Source of the DNA: Bacteroidales bacterium
Lineage (GTDB): Bacteria > Bacteroidota > Bacteroidia > Bacteroidales > FEN-979
Direction: 5' to 3'
NCBI GenBank assembly: GCA_963662525.1
Contig: OY759717.1
Location: 915,436-979,435 of the forward strand
Length of the DNA stretch: 64,000 nucleotides
Shown: piece after piece, positions 17,416 to 26,263 of the stretch
Numbering within the stretch: position 1 is the stretch's first letter
Layout of the letters: every line of letters begins with the position of its first letter
Position numbers and translations under genes: made by a program
The notes under the pieces: generated by a model
Database searches by the model: none
Told to the model about the DNA's origin: nothing
What the model saw: the letters and a program-made list of their open reading frames with translations, nothing else

Positions 17416-18213
17416 ATGATCATGAGTCAACTTTTTGAAAAAATCCCCATGGAAGGGGTAAAAAACATTATCGTTATTGCCTCCGGCAAAGGGGGTGTAG
17501 GTAAATCTACGGTAGCAGCCAACCTGGCTATCGCCCTGGCCCGGAACGGATTTAAAACAGCCCTGGTGGATGCTGATATTTATGGACCATCTATTCCGAA
17601 AATGTTCGGTATTGAAGATGCCAGGCCGGATGTAAGTGCCATTGGCGACAAAGAAATGATGTACCCCATTGAAAAGTTTGGAGTGAAGATCATGTCGATC
17701 GGGTTCTTTGTAGCACCTCATCAATCCTTGATCTGGAGAGGTCCTATGGCCTCCAATGCCATCATGCAATTATTCGAGAATACCCAATGGGGAGATATCG
17801 ATTATATGATTATCGACTTCCCTCCGGGAACTGGCGATATCCAGCTTACAACGGTTCAAAAACTGAATCTTACCGGTGCCATTATGGTGACCACTCCCCA
17901 GGAAATTGCCGTAAATGATGCCCGTAAAGCTGCTTCTATGTTTCTCAATCCGGATCTGAAAGTGCCGGTTCTGGGCATCATAGAGAACATGTCGTGGTTT
18001 AGCCCGGAAAAGCATCCGGAAGAACAGTATTTCATTTTCGGTCAGGGAGGCGGTCTGAAAATGGCCAAAGAATTCAACACCAAATTACTGGGTCAAATTC
18101 CACTGGTCATGGAAGTCGGTGAAGCTGCCGAACAGGGCAAGAGTGTTTTCAGTCAGCGCAATAACACTGTTGTCAAAGCATTTGAGAAAATCGCCGAAGC
18201 TATTATTTCTTAA
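17416..18213 (+). CDS. Mrp/NBP35/ApbC-family Fe-S cluster carrier ATPase
   Basis: VIASGKGGVGKSTVAANLA, DADIYGPS, MIIDFPPGTGD. The ATG follows the upstream TAA directly. Confidence 0.8.
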   Translation: MIMSQLFEKIPMEGVKNIIVIASGKGGVGKSTVAANLAIALARNGFKTALVDADIYGPSIPKMFGIEDARPDVSAIGDKEMMYPIEKFGVKIMSIGFFVAPHQSLIWRGPMASNAIMQLFENTQWGDIDYMIIDFPPGTGDIQLTTVQKLNLTGAIMVTTPQEIAVNDARKAASMFLNPDLKVPVLGIIENMSWFSPEKHPEEQYFIFGQGGGLKMAKEFNTKLLGQIPLVMEVGEAAEQGKSVFSQRNNTVVKAFEKIAEAIIS

Positions 18214-19363
18214 CGCTTTTGGCTGACTGGATCAGGTTGGAAAAATAAATAGCAAAGGGACGATAAGCCAGATGCGACCATTTCGAAAAGGGAACTTCGA
18301 TCATCAACATGGGAAACAGGATCATCAGGTGGATGACATAAATGTAATAGGTGGCCATGACCATCCCGTTTACCCTGAAAATATGAACCAGAATTCCGGT
18401 AAGGGCTGTCAGGAAAAGCAGGATCAGAAAAGTCCAGTCAGTATAATGTGAAACTTTCGACTTCTCATTCTCTTTTTTCATACGAAGCACAGAGAAATAA
18501 ACAACCCCAAATACGAGTCCGAAAGTTGTATAATATCCTAAAAGCCTTTGTGGGTGCCACCAGGCATGGATTGTATCGGTCTGGAACCACCCCAGGAAAC
18601 CCACGATCATCGTAAACAGCATAACGTAACTCGACATCAGTAAAAAATGGATGATCCAATAATTCAGTTTCCCACTTTTTACTTTCTCATAAAATGATAT
18701 CTTCTCCGTTTCACACTCAACAAGTCTCCATTGAGAAGCAAAATGAAAAACCAATTTTCCAAATTCAGTGAAATACAATTTATAAGGAATCACTAAATCT
18801 TTCTGGCTTAACACAATCTTCCGGTACATATTAAAAACATTCGACAATAAAAAAAAGGATAATAGCCCTGCCATGATCCAATCTCCCATCTCGATGATCT
18901 GCCATGGGGCAAACGTATTCAACTTCACGCCTCCCTGTTCAGTCAACGCTTCAGTCATGGGACCATGAAAAAAAATAAACAGGAAAAGGATCAGCAGCGA
19001 AAGAAAAGCAATCGCTCCTAACTCCCAGATTTTTGATGTATAGAATTTTTTCGACAAACCCGTCCAATCATAGGATCCTGTCAGGTACCTGCGCATAGCC
19101 ATCATCAGCTGCCCGGGATCGGCATTCCGCGGACAGGTCTCGGTACATTCCCCACAGTAATAGCATAACCAGGGATCAACCGAAGATTCAAGCTCATCTT
19201 TCAGCCCTAAAAGACTATATCTTAATGTTTTCCTTGGGAAAGAATTTTTTTCATCAGAAAGAGAGCAGATCGCCGTACAATTTCCACAGTTATAGCAAGC
19301 ATTAAAATCCCCGGCTCCGTATTTCCGGATCTCATCGGCAAAAAATGGGTCAATCATTGACAT
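18203..19363 (-). CDS. QmoC-like fusion of an HdrC-type 2x[4Fe-4S] domain with an HdrE/NarI-like membrane domain
   Basis: N-terminal CYNCGNCTAICS and CYYCGECTETCP, followed by about 6 TM helices containing conserved His. Confidence 0.65.
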   Translation of the reverse strand: MSMIDPFFADEIRKYGAGDFNACYNCGNCTAICSLSDEKNSFPRKTLRYSLLGLKDELESSVDPWLCYYCGECTETCPRNADPGQLMMAMRRYLTGSYDWTGLSKKFYTSKIWELGAIAFLSLLILFLFIFFHGPMTEALTEQGGVKLNTFAPWQIIEMGDWIMAGLLSFFLLSNVFNMYRKIVLSQKDLVIPYKLYFTEFGKLVFHFASQWRLVECETEKISFYEKVKSGKLNYWIIHFLLMSSYVMLFTMIVGFLGWFQTDTIHAWWHPQRLLGYYTTFGLVFGVVYFSVLRMKKENEKSKVSHYTDWTFLILLFLTALTGILVHIFRVNGMVMATYYIYVIHLMILFPMLMIEVPFSKWSHLAYRPFAIYFSNLIQSAKSVKK

Positions 19364-19369
19364 CAGGAT

Positions 19370-21382
19370 TTATTTTTTGAGTTGATAGCGATAATACTCG
19401 TCATTATCATCCATTCCGGCAGGTTCAAGTAGGAAATATTTGTTCATGGTCATCATATGCCAGGTCACCAGTTCTGCCGGAATTGAAATTGCTTCTGCAA
19501 CCTGGCGTATCGTCCTGGGCTCATTATCTTTTAAGGTATCTATGATAGAACGCCATATAGATGGAAAGTCTTTCATTCCATGCCCTGATTCCATCTCTGA
19601 TTCTGTACCGTTTTCACCTTTACTCTTCAGATCGACCGCTTTCATAAATCCATCAATCATGCCTTCAATTTCATCATTGGTAAACTGAGCAAGATCGATG
19701 GCATCTATCGGACAAACGGGGGTACACATTCCACAACCCTTGCAAACGGCTTCATTGACCGAAGCCACAACTTTGCCATTGGTTTCCATCTGAAAGATGG
19801 CATCAAATTCACATACATCCTGGCATTTCCCGCAATAATTGCAACTTTCGGCATCAATCCTTGCAATGATGGGTTCTAATTCGAGGGTTCCTTTCCGGAT
19901 GATTGCGTTAATTTTGGCTGCTGCTGATAAGGAAGACTGAACTGACTCTGAGATGTTCTTCGGTCCCTGGCATGATCCTCCCAGGAAAATGCCATTGATG
20001 ACTGTCTCAACAGGCCGGAGCTTAGGATGAATCTCATTAAAGAATCTATCGTTGCCCATGGGAATTTTTAATTTTCCGGCCACATCAGAGCTATCAGATC
20101 TGGGAATCATACCATTAACCAGAATAAGCAGATCTACCAGGATATCCATTTCCTTCTTTTCGGTCAGGTAATCCCTGATCTTTATCCGCACACCTCCTTG
20201 TTCTGCTGTCGCCTGGGGAGGATCTTTCTCCTGGTACATCAGGTAAATATCGCCAAGCCTGGATGATTTTTCAAAGAGGATTTCCTGCTTGCCATAAGTC
20301 CTGATATCACGATACAGATGAAATGCTTTGATTCCGTTGAATTTTTCATGCATGCTGATGGAAGAATGGATGGCAGCAGTACAGCAAACCCTGGAGCAGT
20401 ATTTATTTTCACCCTTGGTCTGACGCATTCCTACACAATAAATATAGGCAACAGAACGAACGACTTTTCCATCAATTTTCAAGTTTCCATGAGAAGATTT
20501 GACCAACTTGTCAAAATCATTGATAGTAAGTATACTGGGGCTGGTTCCAAAGCCATATTCTTTTTCCAATGGCTGATAGGATTCATATCCGGTGGTCACC
20601 AGAATAGCACCTGCAGTAAGATTTAATACTTCTTCCTTCACGCCCTTTACATTTACATCTATCTTGAAATTTCCCAGGCTGCCACTCACTTTTACTACCT
20701 GAGCTGAAGTGAACAAGGTAATATTGGCTTGTTTACGTATTGTTTCGAGAAGGGTATCGATCAATTTCTGTCCTTCTTCATTGATCGGGAATAATTGACC
20801 TTTTCCCGCAAGACTTCCTCCAACCTGGTCTTCTTTCTCTATCAGGTAAACCTGATTTCCCATCCTGCCAAGATCGATGGCTGCACGCAAGCCGGCAACT
20901 CCTGCCCCTATGATAAGCACAGTTTTATGAGCAGTGATTTTAATATTTTCGAGTGCCTCTGAATGAGCCACTCGTCTGATTCCCGCCCTGATCAGCCCGG
21001 CTGCCTTATAAGATGCCTGATCCGGATGATCGGAGTGCGCCCATGAACATTGTTCTCGAACATTTACCTGAACATAGTTGTACGGATTTAATCCGGCCCG
21101 TTCAGTCACTCCCCTGAAAGTATGAAGGTGAAGTTTAGGAGAACAGGATGCTACCACGATTCCGTCAAGTTTCTGCGCCTGTATATCCTTCACCATTTCC
21201 TTCTGGTTGGAGTCTGCACAAGCGAACATGACGTTCTTGGAAACGACCACACCTTCTTCATCTCCGGCTATATCACGCAGTTGCTCAACATCCACATAAT
21301 CGGAAATATTTCCGCCACAGTGGCAGATATAGACCCCTATCCTTTGTTTTTTGGTTTTATCTTCCATAATCTGTTGGTTCAT
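19370..21382 (-). CDS. hdrA: HdrA-type heterodisulfide reductase flavoprotein subunit
   Basis: N-terminal domain RIGVYICHCGGNISDYVDV...VVASCSPKLH...REQCSWAH, FAD site VLIIGAGVAGLRAA, YIYCVGMRQ...YCSRVCC, and C-terminal CNYCGKCQDVC / CKGCGMCTPVCP. There is an extra ~100-aa tail. Confidence 0.75.
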   Translation of the reverse strand: MNQQIMEDKTKKQRIGVYICHCGGNISDYVDVEQLRDIAGDEEGVVVSKNVMFACADSNQKEMVKDIQAQKLDGIVVASCSPKLHLHTFRGVTERAGLNPYNYVQVNVREQCSWAHSDHPDQASYKAAGLIRAGIRRVAHSEALENIKITAHKTVLIIGAGVAGLRAAIDLGRMGNQVYLIEKEDQVGGSLAGKGQLFPINEEGQKLIDTLLETIRKQANITLFTSAQVVKVSGSLGNFKIDVNVKGVKEEVLNLTAGAILVTTGYESYQPLEKEYGFGTSPSILTINDFDKLVKSSHGNLKIDGKVVRSVAYIYCVGMRQTKGENKYCSRVCCTAAIHSSISMHEKFNGIKAFHLYRDIRTYGKQEILFEKSSRLGDIYLMYQEKDPPQATAEQGGVRIKIRDYLTEKKEMDILVDLLILVNGMIPRSDSSDVAGKLKIPMGNDRFFNEIHPKLRPVETVINGIFLGGSCQGPKNISESVQSSLSAAAKINAIIRKGTLELEPIIARIDAESCNYCGKCQDVCEFDAIFQMETNGKVVASVNEAVCKGCGMCTPVCPIDAIDLAQFTNDEIEGMIDGFMKAVDLKSKGENGTESEMESGHGMKDFPSIWRSIIDTLKDNEPRTIRQVAEAISIPAELVTWHMMTMNKYFLLEPAGMDDNDEYYRYQLKK

Positions 21383-21388
21383 TTCTCC

Positions 21389-24142
21389 TTACACCCCATT
21401 CCCACTTAAATAAGCTGCTACTTCAGATGCTGCTGCTCCCGCAGATAAAATGGAATCAGGAATATCCATGGGAGCGGCTGCCGTGCCTGCAACAAATACA
21501 CCTTTCATGCTGGTCCTGCTTGGATTTAGCATCAATTCCGGTTGTTTGATATAGCGGAATTCATCTAAAAGCGGCGACTCGCTTTTAAAGGAACGCATCA
21601 CACCATTATCAGGTAAAACCCCCACAGAAAGAACCACCAGGTCATGGGTGAATTCTTTCACTTTACCGGTTTCAATATTTTCCACTCGAAGTGCCAGATC
21701 TCCGCTGTGATTCTCCTTCTCGTTGATGCTGGAGACTTTTCCCTTAATAAAGTTAATCCCCATGGATTTCGACTGCTGATAAAATTCCTCATATCCTTTA
21801 CCGAAGGCACGGATATCAATATAATAGATGGAGATATCAGCCATGGGTAGCGCCCCCATCAGTAATTGTGCCTGTTTGATCGAGTACATGCAGCATATCT
21901 GTGAGCAGATGGGATTGTTAACCGCGGCTAGGTTGCAGCTTCGGAAATTCTCGAGACTACTGTCACGCGATCCGGTACATAAAATATAGGCAATATTCCC
22001 GGGTGCCTTGCCATCGCCGGGACGCAGAACATTATTATAAGGACGCGTAGGAGCAATGATCCTGTCCATCTGCAGGGAATCAATTACATTGGCAAATCTT
22101 ATAGAATTATATTGTGGCTTATGTTCAGGTTTGAAAAGCTGGAATCCTGATGCAATAATTACAGCGCCCACATGAGCTTTGACTTTTTCTGTTTTCTGTG
22201 AGAAATCTATAGCAAAAGCTGGACAGGCGGAAATACATTGATGACACTCCCGGCAATTGCTGCAATCAAGGCAGCGTAACGTACTCTGGTGAACTTCTTC
22301 CTCTGTGAAAGTCAACTCTACTTCTTCGAAATCCTGGATCCTTTCTGCAACAGGCCTGACTTTGTCACTCAAAGCTGGCTGATGTAAAATACCGGGCCTG
22401 GATAAAATAGTATTTTTATCGATTGCCGGAAGCTTATCTCCGAATTCATAATTACCCAGGTCAAGTCCCTGCAAATATTTATCTATATAATACGCTGCTC
22501 TTTTACCCTGACCTGCTGCTTCTATGATCGTACTTGAACCGCTAACCGAATCACCACCGGCAAAAAGCCAGGAAAAGGAACATTGCATCGTATTGGAATC
22601 GACTTTTATCCGGCCATCTTTTTCCAGATCCAATTCCTTTTTGAATGGAGAAGTGGTTGGGTATAAACCGATAGCCTCAATCACCAGATCAACATCTTCG
22701 GTATATTCCGAACCTTTAACTTCCACCGGTTTTTTCCTGCCACTGGCATCCGGTTCACCTAATTTCATCTTGATCATTACTGCCTGGCTGATCTTTCCAT
22801 CTGTTCCGGAAAAACTTATTGGATTTCTAAGCAGCTGAAAAACAACACCTTCATCTTCTGCTTCCCTGATCTCTTCTTTCCATGCCGGCATCTCTTCCCG
22901 GCTTCTGCGATAAATAATGGATACTTTTACAGTCCCCAGTCTCATGGCAGTACGGGCCGAATCCATGGCAGTATTCCCACCGCCAATAACCATTACTTTC
23001 TTTCCCTTCAGATTGATTTTTGTACCGATTTTTGAATCTCTCAGGAAATCAAGACAAGAAACTACCCCCTTCATTTCGCTTCCGGGGATATTCAGCTTGC
23101 TGGTCTGATGCGTTCCGACTGCAATAAAAATCGCATCAAAACCTGATTCTTTTAATTCCTTTAAATGTTCAACCGGGTGATTGCATGCGATTTCAACACC
23201 AAGAGCAGTAATATTTTCAATATCCCGATCGACCACGGTGTTAGGCAGACGATATTCAGGGAGGGTCAGCTTCAACATTCCTCCAGCTTCCGGAGCGGCT
23301 TCATAAATTTTTACCTGGTGGCCGTTCAGCGCGAGATGATATGCTGCAGTAAGTCCTGCCGGACCAGAACCTACAATAGCAATTTTTTTTTCGCTTGTTT
23401 TTTCAATGCTTTTTCTAGATGCTGCCGGATATTTAGTATAATAATTTTCTGTAAAAAATCTTTTTATCCTGCGGATATCCACAGGAGCTTCAAGGCTTGC
23501 CCGTGTACATTCTCCCTGGCAGGGAGCATAACACGCACGGCCAAGGCTGCCGGGTATCGGAATATCCTCCATATGAAGGTGAAAAGCTTCTTCATATTGG
23601 CCGTTTCTAACGAGAGAAATATATCCATACGGTTTAACGCCACCGGGACAGGCAGCAATGCAGGGGGCAGAAGTATCCTGCCGATCAATGAATGCAATGC
23701 GGGGACTCGCGAGACTGAATGGGATATAAGCCACTTTCCGGCCTGCCAGGTGATGATTGTATTCATCAGAGCGAACTTCAGGACAGGCCAATTCACACTC
23801 CTGACAACCCGTGCATGACTCTGGTTTGACGTATCTGGGATGTTTTGTAATTTCCAAATGAAAGCCTTTGTCATTTCTGGTAATGTTATCCAGGTCACTA
23901 CCCATCATCAGGGTAATATTGGAATGTCTGGCTGTTTCAGACATTTTCGGAGTCGTGATACAGGCGGCACAGTCCAGTGTAGGAAAAACCTTGCTTAATT
24001 GTATCATCTTACCTCCTATCGACAGGTCTTTCTCTACCAATAAAACCTGGTAGTCCATATTGGCCAGCGTTAATGCGGCCTCCTGGCCGGCAATACCACC
24101 ACCGATCACCAGTACATCAAATTTTTTTTCCTGATTGTTCAT
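21389..24142 (-). CDS. HdrL-like large HdrA homologue with inserted GltD/NfnB-type NAD(P)H module
   Basis: HdrA N-terminus FDVLVIGGGIAGQEAA and core YILCTGSRD...ICSQICCMY are split by a GltD-like block (CIAACPGG..., KIAIVGSGPAGLTAAYHL, VMVIGGGNTAMDSARTA, YRRSREEMPAWKEE). Confidence 0.7.
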   Translation of the reverse strand: MNNQEKKFDVLVIGGGIAGQEAALTLANMDYQVLLVEKDLSIGGKMIQLSKVFPTLDCAACITTPKMSETARHSNITLMMGSDLDNITRNDKGFHLEITKHPRYVKPESCTGCQECELACPEVRSDEYNHHLAGRKVAYIPFSLASPRIAFIDRQDTSAPCIAACPGGVKPYGYISLVRNGQYEEAFHLHMEDIPIPGSLGRACYAPCQGECTRASLEAPVDIRRIKRFFTENYYTKYPAASRKSIEKTSEKKIAIVGSGPAGLTAAYHLALNGHQVKIYEAAPEAGGMLKLTLPEYRLPNTVVDRDIENITALGVEIACNHPVEHLKELKESGFDAIFIAVGTHQTSKLNIPGSEMKGVVSCLDFLRDSKIGTKINLKGKKVMVIGGGNTAMDSARTAMRLGTVKVSIIYRRSREEMPAWKEEIREAEDEGVVFQLLRNPISFSGTDGKISQAVMIKMKLGEPDASGRKKPVEVKGSEYTEDVDLVIEAIGLYPTTSPFKKELDLEKDGRIKVDSNTMQCSFSWLFAGGDSVSGSSTIIEAAGQGKRAAYYIDKYLQGLDLGNYEFGDKLPAIDKNTILSRPGILHQPALSDKVRPVAERIQDFEEVELTFTEEEVHQSTLRCLDCSNCRECHQCISACPAFAIDFSQKTEKVKAHVGAVIIASGFQLFKPEHKPQYNSIRFANVIDSLQMDRIIAPTRPYNNVLRPGDGKAPGNIAYILCTGSRDSSLENFRSCNLAAVNNPICSQICCMYSIKQAQLLMGALPMADISIYYIDIRAFGKGYEEFYQQSKSMGINFIKGKVSSINEKENHSGDLALRVENIETGKVKEFTHDLVVLSVGVLPDNGVMRSFKSESPLLDEFRYIKQPELMLNPSRTSMKGVFVAGTAAAPMDIPDSILSAGAAASEVAAYLSGNGV

Positions 24143-24537
24143 GAGAGCTCAGCTAAAATTTTACTGAAATTGGCCATGTGACTTGCAAACGATTCTGCAC
24201 AAACGGAACACAGCGCAGCCATTCGGATACGCTTGGGGCTTATCCCCTTCTCCTTCATCTGTTTCTGTGCTTCTGTGATGATATTGTTGGTCAATTCCGG
24301 ACAGCGGGAGCTGAAGGAACATTCATGTCCATCAGCTGCAATAAAAACGCCATCGAAACCCTGCTCAAAAGCACGTAGTATCCACCTTGGTTTTATCCCC
24401 GATGAACAGGGAAGGCTGATTACATATACCGATGGCGAATAATGAATTTTACGCAAACCGGCCTGGTCAATACCCGGATCAGAAATCTTTTCGGTAGAGA
24501 AAACCAGAATCTTAGGTGATCTTTGGGCTAAATTCAT
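24139..24537 (-). CDS. MvhD/FlpD-like [2Fe-2S] electron-transfer subunit
   Basis: KILVFSTEK...ISLPCSSGIKPRWILRAFEQGFDGVFIAADGHECSF. The track start 24582 is a TTG, so ATG 24537 is preferred. The stop overlaps the HdrL start. Confidence 0.7.
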   Translation of the reverse strand: MNLAQRSPKILVFSTEKISDPGIDQAGLRKIHYSPSVYVISLPCSSGIKPRWILRAFEQGFDGVFIAADGHECSFSSRCPELTNNIITEAQKQMKEKGISPKRIRMAALCSVCAESFASHMANFSKILAELS

Positions 24538-24645
24538 GTTTTTAATTATAAATACCTCACCCGGGAAAGTTTTAGCGATCAACCTTCTGCTTCATTTTAT
24601 AAATGAACAAGGAAAAAATAATGGAGGTATCCGGGTGAGGAAAAA

Positions 24646-24897
24646 TTATGCTTTCTTAAGAAACAGTCGGGAGTAACTATCTTCTTCAACAATACCAAGG
24701 TATTCATGACTCATCTTCTGGCACCATCTGGGAATATCTATTTTTGTACCTTCATCAGCAGAATAAATCTCCATAATTTCACCGGATTCTATTTCCCCAA
24801 TGGCTTTCTTGGCAGCCAATAATGGTCCAGGACAGGCAGTACCACGTGCATCAACAATTTTATTCGATTTTAGATTTTTTAATTCTTCTAAGCTCAT
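24646..24897 (-). CDS. tusA: TusA-family sulfurtransferase
   Basis: VDARGTACPGPLLAAKKAI (CPxP motif) in an 83-aa protein. Confidence 0.8.
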   Translation of the reverse strand: MSLEELKNLKSNKIVDARGTACPGPLLAAKKAIGEIESGEIMEIYSADEGTKIDIPRWCQKMSHEYLGIVEEDSYSRLFLKKA

Positions 24898-24914
24898 TAT
24901 GTATTCTCCTTATA

Positions 24915-25460
24915 TTATATGAATAATTGAATTTTGCTTTCCTGTGCATCAGATAAAAATGTTCCCACTCCACAAATTGTCATTTCCGGGTAATCAATCA
25001 TTTCTTCTTTTTTAAATCCCATCAGATTCATCGACATCTCACAGATATTGATTTCAACTCCAAGTTCTGCGGCCGTTTTAAACATCTCTTCCAGAGATGC
25101 AACCTTATGTTTCTTCATGATCCCTTTGATCATTAATGTTCCCATTCCCCACATGTTCATATTTGAAAGTTTAACTTTCCTGCTTCCTTTAGGGAGCATT
25201 ATACCAAACATTTTCTCCATTAAATTCTTCCCTTTCCCGCTCTTCAGGGGATCCCTCAATGAAGATATAGCCCAGAAAGTAAAAAACAATTTAACTTTCA
25301 TATCATAGGCCGCAGCTCCGGTTGCTATTATCAAGGCAGCCAGAATCTTGTCCATGTCGCCTGAGAATACGACCATGGAAACCTGGTCCTTTGTTCCAGC
25401 TTCAAGCTTTCCAATACGCTTTTGAAGATCAGATAATTGTTGTTCAAAATTATCATTCAT
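24915..25460 (-). CDS. DsrE/DsrF-like family protein (COG2210-type, coiled N-terminus)
   Basis: VSMVVFSGDMDKILAALIIATGAAAYDMKVKLFFTFWA...ICEMSMNLMG. It is the first gene of the operon. A putative minus-strand -7 box lies at 25504-25511. Confidence 0.6.
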   Translation of the reverse strand: MNDNFEQQLSDLQKRIGKLEAGTKDQVSMVVFSGDMDKILAALIIATGAAAYDMKVKLFFTFWAISSLRDPLKSGKGKNLMEKMFGIMLPKGSRKVKLSNMNMWGMGTLMIKGIMKKHKVASLEEMFKTAAELGVEINICEMSMNLMGFKKEEMIDYPEMTICGVGTFLSDAQESKIQLFI

Positions 25461-25563
25461 GAAATTGATATTTTATATATTAATATAGTTAGATTTATGC
25501 TTACAAAAATAAAAGTGTTATTGTAATGTATAGACTGTCGTCTTGTGGTGTATTTCGCAAATA

Positions 25564-25583
25564 AATGTGATATTTGTCACATT
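25564..25583. promoter_or_regulatory. Perfect CRP/FNR-type palindrome AATGTGA-TATTTG-TCACATT
   Basis: TGTGA at 25566-25570 and TCACA at 25577-25581. It lies in the divergent region between the dsrE-tusA-hdr operon and the cobO-like operon. Confidence 0.65.
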
Positions 25584-25623
25584 GTTCTCCGGCAAATTTT
25601 TCATAGAAATAAAAAAAACACTA

Positions 25624-25647
25624 ATGAACAAATGTTCATTATTTTTG
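25624..25647 (+). promoter_or_regulatory. Operator ATGAACAAATGTTCAT fused to -7 box TATTTTTG (cobO-like operon promoter)
   Basis: This is the same composite as at 14437-14460 and 29778-29801: TGAAC-N4-GTTCA, then 1 nt, then TAnnTTTG. Confidence 0.7.
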
Positions 25648-25728
25648 TGAAAAATTATTTTTGGTCATTTATATAATTCACCTCAATCCCAGACGGAAAA
25701 TTCTTTATTGTTATTCAAGCCGGATTGA

Positions 25729-26244
25729 ATGAAAGGATATCTGCAAGTATATACCGGAAACGGAAAAGGTAAAACGACTGCTGCTTTAGGACTGGCTCTG
25801 AGAGCAGCAGGGGCCGGTAAAAAGGTATTCTTTGCCCAGTTTGTTAAAGGAATGCCCTATTCGGAAATTGATGCTATCCATAAATTTATCCCTGAAATTC
25901 ATGTACAACAATTCGGACGTGATTGTTTTATCATCAATGAACCCACGGAAGAGGATATTGTTGCCGCACGCCTGGGCTTACAAAAAGTATCGGAGATAAT
26001 GGCCACAGGGAATTATGATTTGATTATCTTAGATGAGGCCTGCATCGCTGTTTTTTATCAATTATTCTCCGTTGAAGAATTAATGGAGGTTCTGAAAGGA
26101 AGACCCGAATTTATGGAAGTCATTGTCACCGGCCGATATGCAAGCCCTGAACTGATAGAAATGGCCGACCTGGTAACCGATATGACAGAAATTAAACATT
26201 ATTATAAGCAAGGGATTATTGCCAGAAAAGGAATTGAGTTCTAA
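25729..26244 (+). CDS. Cob(I)yrinic acid a,c-diamide adenosyltransferase family P-loop protein (CobO/BtuR-like)
   Basis: MKGYLQVYTGNGKGKTTAALGLALRAAGAGKKV...LIILDE. Confidence 0.75.
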   Translation: MKGYLQVYTGNGKGKTTAALGLALRAAGAGKKVFFAQFVKGMPYSEIDAIHKFIPEIHVQQFGRDCFIINEPTEEDIVAARLGLQKVSEIMATGNYDLIILDEACIAVFYQLFSVEELMEVLKGRPEFMEVIVTGRYASPELIEMADLVTDMTEIKHYYKQGIIARKGIEF

Positions 26245-26263
26245 TGATTATTATACCCGTTAA

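Noticed and set aside
15549-17769. Minus-strand ORFs of 153 aa (15549-16010) and 170 aa (17257-17769) across the MinD-ferredoxin and Mrp genes.
   Set aside because: They are antisense to CDSs with strong Walker A and ferredoxin motifs. Their sequences have no motifs and an odd composition, so they are probably spurious.
23165-23898. Long ORFs antisense to or overlapping the HdrL-like gene: 217 aa on + at 23165-23818 and 144 aa on - at 23464-23898 in another frame.
   Set aside because: They lie entirely inside a well-supported 917-aa CDS with clear domain motifs. Their translations are low-complexity (Ser/Arg/Phe/Cys-rich) with no recognisable motifs, which is typical of shadow ORFs.
19370-24142. 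Selenocysteine recoding (in-frame TGA) in the HdrA/HdrL genes, as reported for some HdrL proteins.
   Set aside because: Both ORFs are continuous from start to stop with Cys at the expected positions. There are no split ORFs in the same frame.
25640-25728. Possible cobalamin riboswitch in the 82-nt leader of the CobO-like gene.
   Set aside because: No B12-box-like conserved core or obvious multi-stem structure could be read in the AT-rich leader, and it is too short for a cobalamin riboswitch.
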